Below are positions 47,413 through 56,559 of a stretch of 64,000 nucleotides of DNA, one piece after another (position 1 is the first letter of the stretch; each line of letters starts with the position of its first letter). The DNA is from an uncultured Verrucomicrobiae bacterium. GTDB taxonomy: Bacteria; Verrucomicrobiota; Verrucomicrobiia; Chthoniobacterales; JAATET01. A program made the position numbers and the translations under genes. The stretch is taken from NCBI GenBank assembly GCA_963803825.1, contig CAWDOJ010000011.1, positions 211,170-275,169 on the forward strand, in the 5' to 3' direction. Under the pieces are notes generated by a model that saw only the letters and a program-made list of their open reading frames with translations, searched no databases and was not told the origin of the DNA.

Positions 47413-48564
47413 ATGGAAGACCACCACGTCAGCGGCCAAAATTTCCGCACCGCCTTTGTTCTCATTCTCGTTCTGGGGATCTCGCTTCTCTTCCTGGCAG
47501 TCTGCTGGCCCTTCCTGAAGACGCTGCTCCTCGGAGCGATCCTCGCGGGCCTCCTCAGCCCGGTCTACCGCACCTTCGTCAAACTCTTCCGCGGTCGCCG
47601 CACGATCGCGTCCATTGTCACGCTCGTCATTCTCTTCCTGCTCATCGTCGGCCCGCTCAGCGCCTTCGTTGGACTCGTCGTCAAGCAGGCCTTTGACGTG
47701 AGCGAAACGGCCATCCCATGGGTGCAGAATACCTTCACCGGAGCCAGATCGTTCGACGTGCACGATTGGCTCGTCGAGCGCCTCCCGTCCGTCGCCGACC
47801 TCGTCCCGACGAGCCAGGACATCATGAGCAACGTCGGCACCGCCGTGAAAGCGACGGGGAGCTACCTCATGCTCAGTGCATCCGCGTTGACGACCGGGAC
47901 CGCCCTCCTGCTCCTCAACTTCTTCGTGATGCTCTACGCGATGTTTTTCTTCTTCATCGACGGCCGCCGCATCCTGGAAAAGATCTTCTACTACATGCCA
48001 CTCCGCCACGAGGACGAGGTGCGCATGCTTCACCGCTTCATCTCGGTCACTCGCGCGACCGTCAAGGGCACCCTCGTCATCGGCTTGATCCAGGGTTCCC
48101 TCGCCGCCGCCGCCTTCTGGGTGTGCGGCATCAATGGCGTGGCCTTCTGGGGCACGATCATGGTCATCCTCTCGGTCGTTCCCGGCATCGGCTCGGCGCT
48201 CGTCTGGGTGCCCGCCGTCATCTTCCTCTTCATCTCCGGCGAACCCGTCAAAGCCGTCGGGCTCGCGGTCTGGTGCGCGGCCGTCGTCGGCACGGTCGAC
48301 AACGTCCTGCGCCCCTCTCTGGTCGGCAAGGACGCCGAGATGCCCGACCTACTCATCCTCGTTGGCACTCTCGGCGGCCTGTTCCTCTTCGGTCCCATCG
48401 GCTTCATCGTGGGCCCCGTGATCTGTGGACTCTTCCTCACGGCTTGGGACATCTACGGAGCCGCCTTCAGCGACATTCTCCCGCCCGTCCGTCGGCTGAA
48501 CATGGAACGCCTCCACGATCCGAACAAAACACCTCCGGGGTCCGACCAATCTCCCACCGCCTGA
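47413..48564 (+). CDS. AI-2E (PerM/YhhT) family transporter, divergent from the PKS
   Basis: 383 aa, about 8 hydrophobic segments, family-typical VPGIGSALVWVPAVIFL...VDNVLRPSLVGKDAEMPDLLILVGTLGGLFLFGPIGFIVGPV. Second family member in the window. Confidence 0.8.
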   Translation: MEDHHVSGQNFRTAFVLILVLGISLLFLAVCWPFLKTLLLGAILAGLLSPVYRTFVKLFRGRRTIASIVTLVILFLLIVGPLSAFVGLVVKQAFDVSETAIPWVQNTFTGARSFDVHDWLVERLPSVADLVPTSQDIMSNVGTAVKATGSYLMLSASALTTGTALLLLNFFVMLYAMFFFFIDGRRILEKIFYYMPLRHEDEVRMLHRFISVTRATVKGTLVIGLIQGSLAAAAFWVCGINGVAFWGTIMVILSVVPGIGSALVWVPAVIFLFISGEPVKAVGLAVWCAAVVGTVDNVLRPSLVGKDAEMPDLLILVGTLGGLFLFGPIGFIVGPVICGLFLTAWDIYGAAFSDILPPVRRLNMERLHDPNKTPPGSDQSPTA

Positions 48565-48621
48565 CCTGATCGATCATCCGCTACCGCCGCCGCTCGGAGC
48601 GATGCGGGATTCATTTGGAAC

Positions 48622-48692
48622 CATGAAGGACGTGAAGAGCAGGATGGGGTGATGAATCCCGGTCTCTCTTCAGGAGCTTCATGCCCTTCATG
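48622..48692. repeat. twin-9-mer hairpin element downstream of the transporter
   Basis: Left arm catgaagga cgtgaag (from 48622). Right arm cttcatgcc cttcatg (48677-48692). They are complementary at 14 of 16 positions with a ~40-nt loop. Confidence 0.55.
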
Positions 48693-48813
48693 ACAGAAAA
48701 ATCAGCCTCCTCGCCCGGCTTCTTCGCGACCTTTGAGACGTTTCGAAAACGAATCTGAATCGTATCTGGATTCCCCTTCGTTTCCTTCGTTACCTTTTGT
48801 TCAAACCTCATTC

Positions 48814-50118
48814 ATGCCCGCCACCGTCAACCAGCTCCGCCTCGCATCCCTCTCTCCCGACGACCGCGCTCGTCTCCTCCGCCGCTCCGAGACCGACATC
48901 GCCCGAGCTTCCGAGATTGCGTCCCGCCTCATCGCCGATGTCCGCGCTGACGGAGACGCCGCCCTCTCCCGCCACCTTGCCGACATCGACCAAGTCACCC
49001 TTGCCCCCGACGCCCTCGCCGTGACCGCCGCCGAGTTCGACGCCGCGCAATCCGCCGTCGACCCCGATCTCCGCGCCGCCATCGACCACGCGATTCGCAA
49101 CGTCCGCACTTTTCATCGCGCCCAACTCCCGCCCGAAGTCACGTGGCACGAAGTCGAACCCGGCGTCCACGCCGGCGAGAAGGTCACCCCCATCGACGCG
49201 ATGGGACTCTACGTCCCCCGGGGCAAAGGCGCGTTCCCGTCGGTCCTCATCATGCTCGCCGTCCCCGCCGTTGAGGCGAAAGTGCCGCGCATCGCCGTCT
49301 GCACGCCACCGAACCCCGACGGCACCGTCGACGCGGCCACCCTCTACGCCGCTCGCCAGATCGGCGTCGACCGTATCTACAAGATCGGTGGGGCCTCCGC
49401 CATCGCCGCCCTCGCCTTCGGCACGGCGACCATCCCCCGCGTCGACAAGCTGCTCGGTCCCGGCAACCAATTCTGTTCCGCCGCCAAGCGCCTGCTCTCG
49501 AGCGAAGTCGACGTCGGCCTCCCCGCCGGACCCAGCGAATCCATCATCCTCGCCGACGCGCAAGCCGATCCGCGCATCGTCGCCCTCGACCTCCTCATCG
49601 AAGCCGAGCACGGCCCCGATTCCGCCGCCGTCCTCGTGACCGACTCCGCCAAGCTTGCCACCCAGGTCGCCGACCTGCTCCCCGCCCTCATCGCCGACCT
49701 CCCCGAGCCCCGCCGCACCTTCTGCGGCACCGGCCTCTCGACCTACGGCGGCATCGTCGTCGCCGACACGTTCGACGACGCGGTCGATTTTGTGAACGAG
49801 TACGCCCCCGAGCACATGGAACTCCTCGTGGCGGAACCTTTCGCCGTCCTGCCGCGCATCCGCAACGCCGGCGAGATCCTCCTCGGCTCCCATACCCCCA
49901 TCAGCGCGGGCAACTACTGCATCGGCGTCAATGCCATCCTCCCCACCGGCGGCTTCGCCCGCTCGCACTCCTGCACGACCATTCACTCGTTTCTCAAACG
50001 CACCTCGCTCGCCTATTGCACGCGCGATGGCTTCGAGTCCCTGCGCACCACCGCCGCCACCCTCGCCGACTACGAAGGCTTCCCCGCCCACGCGGCCGCG
50101 CTCAAGCAAAGGCCATGA
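48814..50118 (+). CDS. hisD: histidinol dehydrogenase
   Basis: The ATG at 48814 gives MPATVNQLRL. LYVPRGKGAFPSVLIM, IYKIGGASAIAALAFGT, LLGPGNQFCSAAKR, EAEHGPDS and EHMEL are all typical of HisD. Confidence 0.9.
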   Translation: MPATVNQLRLASLSPDDRARLLRRSETDIARASEIASRLIADVRADGDAALSRHLADIDQVTLAPDALAVTAAEFDAAQSAVDPDLRAAIDHAIRNVRTFHRAQLPPEVTWHEVEPGVHAGEKVTPIDAMGLYVPRGKGAFPSVLIMLAVPAVEAKVPRIAVCTPPNPDGTVDAATLYAARQIGVDRIYKIGGASAIAALAFGTATIPRVDKLLGPGNQFCSAAKRLLSSEVDVGLPAGPSESIILADAQADPRIVALDLLIEAEHGPDSAAVLVTDSAKLATQVADLLPALIADLPEPRRTFCGTGLSTYGGIVVADTFDDAVDFVNEYAPEHMELLVAEPFAVLPRIRNAGEILLGSHTPISAGNYCIGVNAILPTGGFARSHSCTTIHSFLKRTSLAYCTRDGFESLRTTAATLADYEGFPAHAAALKQRP

Positions 50119-51374
50119 CCCCGCTCGCCGATGTCCGCCGCCTCAGCGCCGCGGGCGACCGCCCCGCAGCTGCGGCCATTCTCATTCCGTTTCTCAAGGA
50201 GACGCTCGGCCTCGACGTCACCCGTGCCGACCTCAACGCCGACGGATACAGCCTCAACTCGGTCAACGGCATCCTCACGCTCGGGCGACCCTACGAAGGC
50301 CACGACCGCCTCTTTTTCAAGTTCCACCAGGAGGAAGACGAGGCCAAGGGCGTCGCCGAGTATTACAACAGCAAGCTCCTCGAAGACGCTGGTTGGCCCG
50401 TTGACGTCCCCGTCGCCGCCCGCACCTTCCCCGGCGAAGCCATCCTCCTCTACGCCGTTCGCTCCGACGCCCGCTTGGCCGACGCTTGCCGCGCCGCCGA
50501 AGACGGCGACGTCCACCTGCTCCGACTCCAGCGCGACCTCGACCACCACGTCGCCGAAAGCTACCTCGACACGCTCCACCTCGCCCCGCGAGCTGAAGCC
50601 GCCGCCGAGTCCCTCCACCAACTCTTTTTCCACCGTCTCGTCGACGAGGGAACCACCAACCCCGGCGGTCGCCTCCGCTCGTTTTACCTCAACGCCACCT
50701 TCACTTTCCCCGGACTGGACCGCTCACTCCCCTGGACCGAACTCAGCGGCCTTCGCTGGCGAATCAACGGCCACCTCTACGACAAGACCCTCGGCGGACT
50801 CTTCGCCGAATCCATTGAAGTCCTCAATCCCACCAACCTCCCGGACCCTTGCCCGGCCGTCCTCGGTCACGGCGACGCCCACAACGCGAACGTTTGGCAG
50901 GAACCCGACCGCCTCGTCACCTTCGACCCCGCCTTTGCCGGGTCCCATCTCCCCGCTCTCCTCGCGGAGATCAAGCCCACCTTCCACAACATCCTCGCCC
51001 ACCCCGACTGGCTCTACCACCCCGAGGAAGCGAGGACGCGAGCATCGGCCCAACTCGCCGACGGAGTCCTCGAGGTCACCCACGACTGGTCTCTCATGCC
51101 CCTCCGCCAGCAATTTCTGAAAACCAAAGAAGAAGAAATCTGGAAACCTCTGCTAGAGCAGGTCGCCGCTCATCACCCCAACTGGCAGCACTACGTCCGC
51201 CTCGCCCTCTTCTGTTGCCCGACCTTGGTGATGAACCTCACCGCCGGAGCGGCCCGCCATAACCCGACCACATCGCTCCTCGGTTTTTCCATAGCGATCA
51301 TGTGCGGATCCCCGTGCGAAAAGAACGACGATCTCATCACCGACTTCCTCAACGGCATCTCACCCCATTCGTGA
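50115..51374 (+). CDS. aminoglycoside-phosphotransferase-fold (APH/ChoK-like) kinase, substrate unknown
   Basis: ATGA overlap with hisD. Brenner-type catalytic motif HGDAHNANVW, followed by TFDPAF. Confidence 0.55.
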   Translation: MTPLADVRRLSAAGDRPAAAAILIPFLKETLGLDVTRADLNADGYSLNSVNGILTLGRPYEGHDRLFFKFHQEEDEAKGVAEYYNSKLLEDAGWPVDVPVAARTFPGEAILLYAVRSDARLADACRAAEDGDVHLLRLQRDLDHHVAESYLDTLHLAPRAEAAAESLHQLFFHRLVDEGTTNPGGRLRSFYLNATFTFPGLDRSLPWTELSGLRWRINGHLYDKTLGGLFAESIEVLNPTNLPDPCPAVLGHGDAHNANVWQEPDRLVTFDPAFAGSHLPALLAEIKPTFHNILAHPDWLYHPEEARTRASAQLADGVLEVTHDWSLMPLRQQFLKTKEEEIWKPLLEQVAAHHPNWQHYVRLALFCCPTLVMNLTAGAARHNPTTSLLGFSIAIMCGSPCEKNDDLITDFLNGISPHS

Positions 51375-51390
51375 AACGACTTTCTGAACC

Positions 51391-52374
51391 ATGAAGATCA
51401 TCTTCGATATGGACGGCGTCATCACGTCCGAACGCGGCTACTGGCTCGCGGCCGCCCACACGCTCCAGGATCTCGCCACCTTTCTCGGCGACCGCCGCAA
51501 GCCCGCCCCCATCACCCTCGACCTCGCCGTCATTGCCCGCGCCAAAGCCGCCCGGATCAACACCAATTGGGACCTCACCCACCTCGCCGCCCTGACCCTC
51601 ATCCGCCGCCTCGCCACGCACGATCCGGCCAACGGCCTGCGCATCTCCGCGATTAACTGGGACACCGACGGCCCGCCCACGACCTGCGATTGGCCGCGCG
51701 GCCTCACCGCCAATCTCAACGAACTCCTCGCCGAAGGCCTCGACTTCGCCGACCCCCGCCAGGGTTTCGAACTCCTCGCCCACCTCGCCCCGACCGACCA
51801 ATTCGCGCGCCAAGGCCCCGTCTGGCGTTGGCTCTTCCGTCATTTTCAATCGTGGTTCAACGGCACTCCCGACCGCCCCGGCCTCATCGCCAACGAAGAC
51901 CTCATCCTCCCCCCCGACCGCATCGCCACCACCCTGCGCAAGCTCCAAGCCGCCGGCCACCACCTCGCCATCGCCACCGGTCGCACCCGCGCCGAACTCA
52001 TCCCCACCCTCACCCGCTTCGGTCTCGCCGATTTCTTTTCGCCCATCGTCACCCACGACGACGTCGCCACCGCCGAAGCCGATCACCCCGGCACCCACCT
52101 TTCGAAGCCCCACCCTTACCAATTCCTCCGCGCCATCTTCCCAGACGCAGAGACTTCCACCCTCGTCACGTCCACTGCCCACCCCCAAGCACCGAACGTC
52201 CTTATTGTCGGCGACACCACCGGTGACATCGCCGCCGCTGCCGCCATCGGCTCCCGCCCCATCGCCGTCCTCACCGGTCCCGCCGGAGCAGCCGCCCGCG
52301 ACACCCTCACCGTCGCCGGAGCCGAACACTGCCTCACCGACGTGACCGACCTCCCCGCTTACCTCTCCTCATGA
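51391..52374 (+). CDS. HAD-superfamily hydrolase/phosphatase with large cap insertion
   Basis: Motif I FDMDGVIT, motif III-like SKPHP, motif IV VGDTTGDI. Confidence 0.7.
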   Translation: MKIIFDMDGVITSERGYWLAAAHTLQDLATFLGDRRKPAPITLDLAVIARAKAARINTNWDLTHLAALTLIRRLATHDPANGLRISAINWDTDGPPTTCDWPRGLTANLNELLAEGLDFADPRQGFELLAHLAPTDQFARQGPVWRWLFRHFQSWFNGTPDRPGLIANEDLILPPDRIATTLRKLQAAGHHLAIATGRTRAELIPTLTRFGLADFFSPIVTHDDVATAEADHPGTHLSKPHPYQFLRAIFPDAETSTLVTSTAHPQAPNVLIVGDTTGDIAAAAAIGSRPIAVLTGPAGAAARDTLTVAGAEHCLTDVTDLPAYLSS

Positions 52375-54218
52375 ACCTCGACAAACTCCTCCCTTCCAGC
52401 GCCGAAAACATCCGCGCCCTCCTCGCCGCCACCGATTCGCCGCTTCCCGAGCGAGTCATCACCGAACTCCTCGCTGCCGAGAATTGGACGGAACTCGACG
52501 ACCGCTTCTACCGCCAGCTCGCCTTTGGCACCGGCGGCCTCCGCGGGCGCACCATTGGTCGCACCGTCACGGCCGCCGAGCGTGGCAACGCCGCAGAAGA
52601 CGCGCCGCCCGAGCATCCGTGCATCGGCACGAACGCGATGAATTTCCTCAACGTCAGCCGCGCCACCCAGGGCCTCACCGCCTACGTTCTTGAGCAAGGC
52701 ACGGACCGCCCATCCATCTGCATCGCGCACGACACCCGCCACTTCTCCCGCGCCTTCGCGGAGTTCGCCGCCCGCATCATCACCGAGCTCGGCTGCGACG
52801 CTCACCTCTTCGAAGCCCCCCGCTCGACGCCGCAACTCTCCTTCGCGGTCCGCGAGACCGGCGCGACCGCTGGCATCAATCTCACCGCCAGCCACAACCC
52901 GCCCGCCTATAACGGCTACAAGGTCTACTTCGCCGACGGCGGCCAGATCGTCGAACCCCACGCCACCGCCGTCATCGAGCGCGTCAACGCCGTCACCGGC
53001 GAACAATACGATCCCGTCCCACCCGACCAACGCGGGCAGATCCACGACCTCGGAACCGCCATGGACGAAGCCTACCTCGACCGACTCGAGACCCTCGTCC
53101 TCGACCACGACCTCGTCCGCAATCAGCCGCTCAAGGTCGTCTACTCCGCCCTCCACGGCGTCGGCGGGGCGATCATCGAGCCGCTCCTGACCAGGCTCGG
53201 CTGCGAATTTACCACCGTCGCGGAGCAAGCCCAACCCGACGGCGACTTCCCCACCGTCGCCTCGCCCAATCCGGAAAACGCCGAGTCGCTCTCCCTCGCT
53301 ATCGAACAAGCCGAGCGCGAGCAAGCCGACCTGGTTCTCGCGACCGACCCCGACGACGACCGCATGGGTGCCGCCGCCCGCACCGCCGACGGCACCCTTG
53401 CCCTCCTCACCGGCAACCAACTCGGCTCCCTCATGGCCTGGTATCGCGCCACCAAATTCCTCGAAAGCGGCCGCCTCACCTCGGCCACCGCCAACCGCGG
53501 CGTCATCATCAAGACCTTCGTCACGACCGACCTCCAGGCCGCCATCGCCGCCAAGTTCGGCCTCCGCTGCGTCGAGACACTCACTGGTTTTAAATACATC
53601 GGCGCGAAACTCTCCGCCTACGAGTCGACCGACGCCGTCTTCGTCTTCGGCGGCGAGGAAAGCTACGGCTACAGCGGCGCGACCTTCGTTCGCGACAAAG
53701 ACGGCAACGCCGCCGTCGCGATGATCTGTGAGGTCGCCGCCCACGCCCAATCGCGCGGTCTCACCCTCCACTCACTACTCGACAAACTCTACGCCGAGTT
53801 CGGCTATCACGCCGAACGCAGCGAGTCGCTCACCCTCGAAGGAGCCGAAGGCGCCGCCCAGATTCGCGCCCTCGTCGAGTCCTACACCGCCCACCCTCCG
53901 ACCGAGATCGCCGGCCACCTCGTCACCGCCAACCGCGACTTTGCCCACGAAGACATCGTCGACGCCGACGGCGAGATCCTTCCGAAAGAAGCCATGCTCA
54001 CCTTCACCCTCGGCGACACCCTCCGCGTCGCGATTCGGCCTTCTGGCACCGAGCCGAAGATCAAATATTACCTCTTCGCCCGCTCCGAGCCGGGCCCTGC
54101 CGACGAGCTTCCGGTGACCAAGCTCGCGACGACTCAGACCCTCGCCGATCTGTGGACGGCCCTCCACGCCGACGCGACGGCCCGCATCGACCGCCAGACA
54201 AATCCTTCCCACTCGTAA
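52371..54218 (+). CDS. phospho-sugar mutase (alpha-D-phosphohexomutase family)
   Basis: ATGA overlap with the HAD gene. Active-site loop TASHNPPAYNGYKVY, metal loop TDPDDDRMG, sugar loop GGEESYGY, and C-terminal RPSGTEPKIK. Confidence 0.85.
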   Translation: MNLDKLLPSSAENIRALLAATDSPLPERVITELLAAENWTELDDRFYRQLAFGTGGLRGRTIGRTVTAAERGNAAEDAPPEHPCIGTNAMNFLNVSRATQGLTAYVLEQGTDRPSICIAHDTRHFSRAFAEFAARIITELGCDAHLFEAPRSTPQLSFAVRETGATAGINLTASHNPPAYNGYKVYFADGGQIVEPHATAVIERVNAVTGEQYDPVPPDQRGQIHDLGTAMDEAYLDRLETLVLDHDLVRNQPLKVVYSALHGVGGAIIEPLLTRLGCEFTTVAEQAQPDGDFPTVASPNPENAESLSLAIEQAEREQADLVLATDPDDDRMGAAARTADGTLALLTGNQLGSLMAWYRATKFLESGRLTSATANRGVIIKTFVTTDLQAAIAAKFGLRCVETLTGFKYIGAKLSAYESTDAVFVFGGEESYGYSGATFVRDKDGNAAVAMICEVAAHAQSRGLTLHSLLDKLYAEFGYHAERSESLTLEGAEGAAQIRALVESYTAHPPTEIAGHLVTANRDFAHEDIVDADGEILPKEAMLTFTLGDTLRVAIRPSGTEPKIKYYLFARSEPGPADELPVTKLATTQTLADLWTALHADATARIDRQTNPSHS

Positions 54219-54366
54219 CCGGCGGGAGAGCCAGGCTCAGCATCAGCCTGCGCTCGGGGCGTGGCGCGAGGATCCTCCGAGTTCGCGCGGAAATGCGGCC
54301 GCCCTCGACTTTCCTGGCGATGCCGACTTGCGCCCCACCCCCCAACCCATTTAGGAACGCCGCCAA

Positions 54367-56082
54367 GTGTTTACATTGAACCCTGACAGAAAAATAGCCG
54401 GCGTTCTCGCCCCGGTATTCGCCCTCCGTGGGCCGGACGATCTCGGCATCGGTGACACCGCTGCTTTACTAGAATTTGGCACCTGGGCCGCGACCCAAGG
54501 CCTGCGCATCGTTCAGATTCTCCCCGTGAACGAAAGCGGCGGCGACAATTCTCCCTACAACATCATCAGCTCGATGGCGCTCGACCCGACGACCATCGCG
54601 ACGACGCCCGACGGCATCCCGGAGCTGACGCGTGCCGATTTTGATCGCATCTGCGCCGAGCACGACCTCGCCGCCCTCCGCGTCGGCCCCGTCGACTACG
54701 CCGCCGTTCGCCCACTCAAGCGCGCCCTCCTTGAGGCCGCTCACGACACTTTTCTCGCCGGTGCCAAATCGCCGCGCCGCGCCGAATACGACGCCTTCGT
54801 AGCCGAGCAAGCCGGCTGGCTCCAGCCCTACGCGCTCTACCGCACCCTGGTCGCGCTTCACGACGAATCCGAGGTCATCGATCTCTGGGATGAAGGGCAA
54901 CGCACCCTCGTCGAAGCTAAAAAATGGCTCGCCGATCTCCCCGCAGACGTCCGCTCGAAGATCGACGATCTCGCCGACTTCTACCGCTTCGTCCAGTGGA
55001 TCGCCTACTCGCAATGGCGTGACGTCCGCTCGAAACTCACCGCTCTCGGCGTCTCGATCATGGGCGACGTGCCCGTGGGGGTCAGCATCCACAGCTGCGA
55101 CGTCTGGAGCGAACCGGAAGCTTTCGACCTCACCCGCTCCAGCGGCGCACCTCCCGAGAAGCACTTTCAAAGTGCTCCCTTCGTGATGCAATGGGGTCAG
55201 AACTGGGGCTTCCCGCTCTACGATTGGCAGGCGATGTCCCGCGATAACTTCGCGTGGTGGCGTCGTCGGCTCCGTGGGATGTTCGCCATGTTCGACCTCG
55301 TCCGCGTTGATCACGCGCTCGGATTTTACCGCATCTACACCTTCCCTTGGCGACCGGAGGACAACGACAAGTTCCTCGACCTCTCGGACGAAGAGACGCA
55401 GGCGCTCACCGGCGGACGCCTTCCCGGCTTCATGCCCAACGAGGACGACACCCCCGAGCACCGCGCGATGAACCAACGCCACGGCGAGAATCTCTTCCGC
55501 ATGATGCTCGAAGAGACCGGCGAGCACCGACTCATCGCCGAGGACCTCGGCTCCGTCCCACCCTACTGTCGCCCGTCTCTCATCGACCTCGAGATTCCTG
55601 GTTTCAAGATCCCCCAGTGGGAGCGCCACGAAGAGGACCAATCGATCATCCTGGGCGAGGATTACCAGCGCCTTTCCCTCGCCTGCTACGCCACTCACGA
55701 CCACCCACCTTTCCGCGGCACGTGGACGGAATGGTTCGAAAAATCCCAATCGGACGACGACGCCGTCGCCGAGCACGCCAGGTGGGAGATGTCCGAACTC
55801 ATGCGCTTCGCCGGCCGCCCGGACCTCGCCGACCAGCCGTTCAATCCGGCCGTCCACCAAGCCACGCAGCACGCTCTCCTCGCGTCGAATTCTTGGCTCG
55901 TCATCCCGCTCATCACCGACATCCTCGGCACCGACGAACGGTTCAACGTCCCCGGGGCCATCGGAGCCGAGAACTGGACCCATCGCCTGGGTGGAACCAT
56001 CGCAGAACTGGACAAACGCTTCGCACGCGAACTCGCCACACTCCGCAAGTCTCTCGAAGAAACGGATCGTTTACACGAATGA
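54367..56082 (+). CDS. malQ: 4-alpha-glucanotransferase (amylomaltase, GH77)
   Basis: LPVNESGGDNSPYNIISSMALDP, VRVDHALGFYRIY, IAEDLGSVP and YATHDHPP are GH77 signature blocks. GTG start. Confidence 0.85.
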   Translation: MFTLNPDRKIAGVLAPVFALRGPDDLGIGDTAALLEFGTWAATQGLRIVQILPVNESGGDNSPYNIISSMALDPTTIATTPDGIPELTRADFDRICAEHDLAALRVGPVDYAAVRPLKRALLEAAHDTFLAGAKSPRRAEYDAFVAEQAGWLQPYALYRTLVALHDESEVIDLWDEGQRTLVEAKKWLADLPADVRSKIDDLADFYRFVQWIAYSQWRDVRSKLTALGVSIMGDVPVGVSIHSCDVWSEPEAFDLTRSSGAPPEKHFQSAPFVMQWGQNWGFPLYDWQAMSRDNFAWWRRRLRGMFAMFDLVRVDHALGFYRIYTFPWRPEDNDKFLDLSDEETQALTGGRLPGFMPNEDDTPEHRAMNQRHGENLFRMMLEETGEHRLIAEDLGSVPPYCRPSLIDLEIPGFKIPQWERHEEDQSIILGEDYQRLSLACYATHDHPPFRGTWTEWFEKSQSDDDAVAEHARWEMSELMRFAGRPDLADQPFNPAVHQATQHALLASNSWLVIPLITDILGTDERFNVPGAIGAENWTHRLGGTIAELDKRFARELATLRKSLEETDRLHE

Positions 56083-56138
56083 GAGTGCGGCTCGGTCCGA
56101 AATTTGCTCCCTGATCCCCAACACTTTATCGAGCACCC

Positions 56139-56444
56139 ATGGGAAATCTTACGAAACGCGATCTCGTCATCCGGATCAGCAACGAAACCGGCCAGGTTCA
56201 ACAGGACGTCTTCGCGGTCGTTCAGAGAACACTCGATCACATCACCGACGCCCTCGCGGACGGTCACAACGTCGAACTCCGCAATTTTGGCGTCTTCGAG
56301 GTCAAGCTCACCAAGTCCCGGGTCGGTCGCAACCCGAATAAGCCCGCCGACGACGTCGTCATCCCCGCTCGCGCCACGGTCAAATTCAAGGCCGGCAAAG
56401 TCATGCGCCAACGCGTCCTCATGCTCACCGACACGATGAAGTAG
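56139..56444 (+). CDS. HU/IHF family DNA-binding protein
   Basis: LTKRDLV..IS......Q.DV....... then RNFGVFEVKLTKSRVGRNPNKPADDVVIPARATVKFKAGK, the beta-arm signature. Confidence 0.85.
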   Translation: MGNLTKRDLVIRISNETGQVQQDVFAVVQRTLDHITDALADGHNVELRNFGVFEVKLTKSRVGRNPNKPADDVVIPARATVKFKAGKVMRQRVLMLTDTMK

Positions 56445-56559
56445 CGACTGGCAGTTCGTCCCATGCAGCCCGGCGAAATCAGTCGTCTATCCTCACTCCA
56501 CGTTCCCCAATCCGCATTCACGAAGTCCACGGACTTGCGTAGGCGCGTAGTATCTTCCC

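Noticed and set aside
56445-56559. An SOS/LexA-type operator upstream of the UvrA-like gene.
   Set aside because: Only a 6-bp palindrome (aagtcc ac ggactt) is present, and I found no repeat resembling known LexA motifs.
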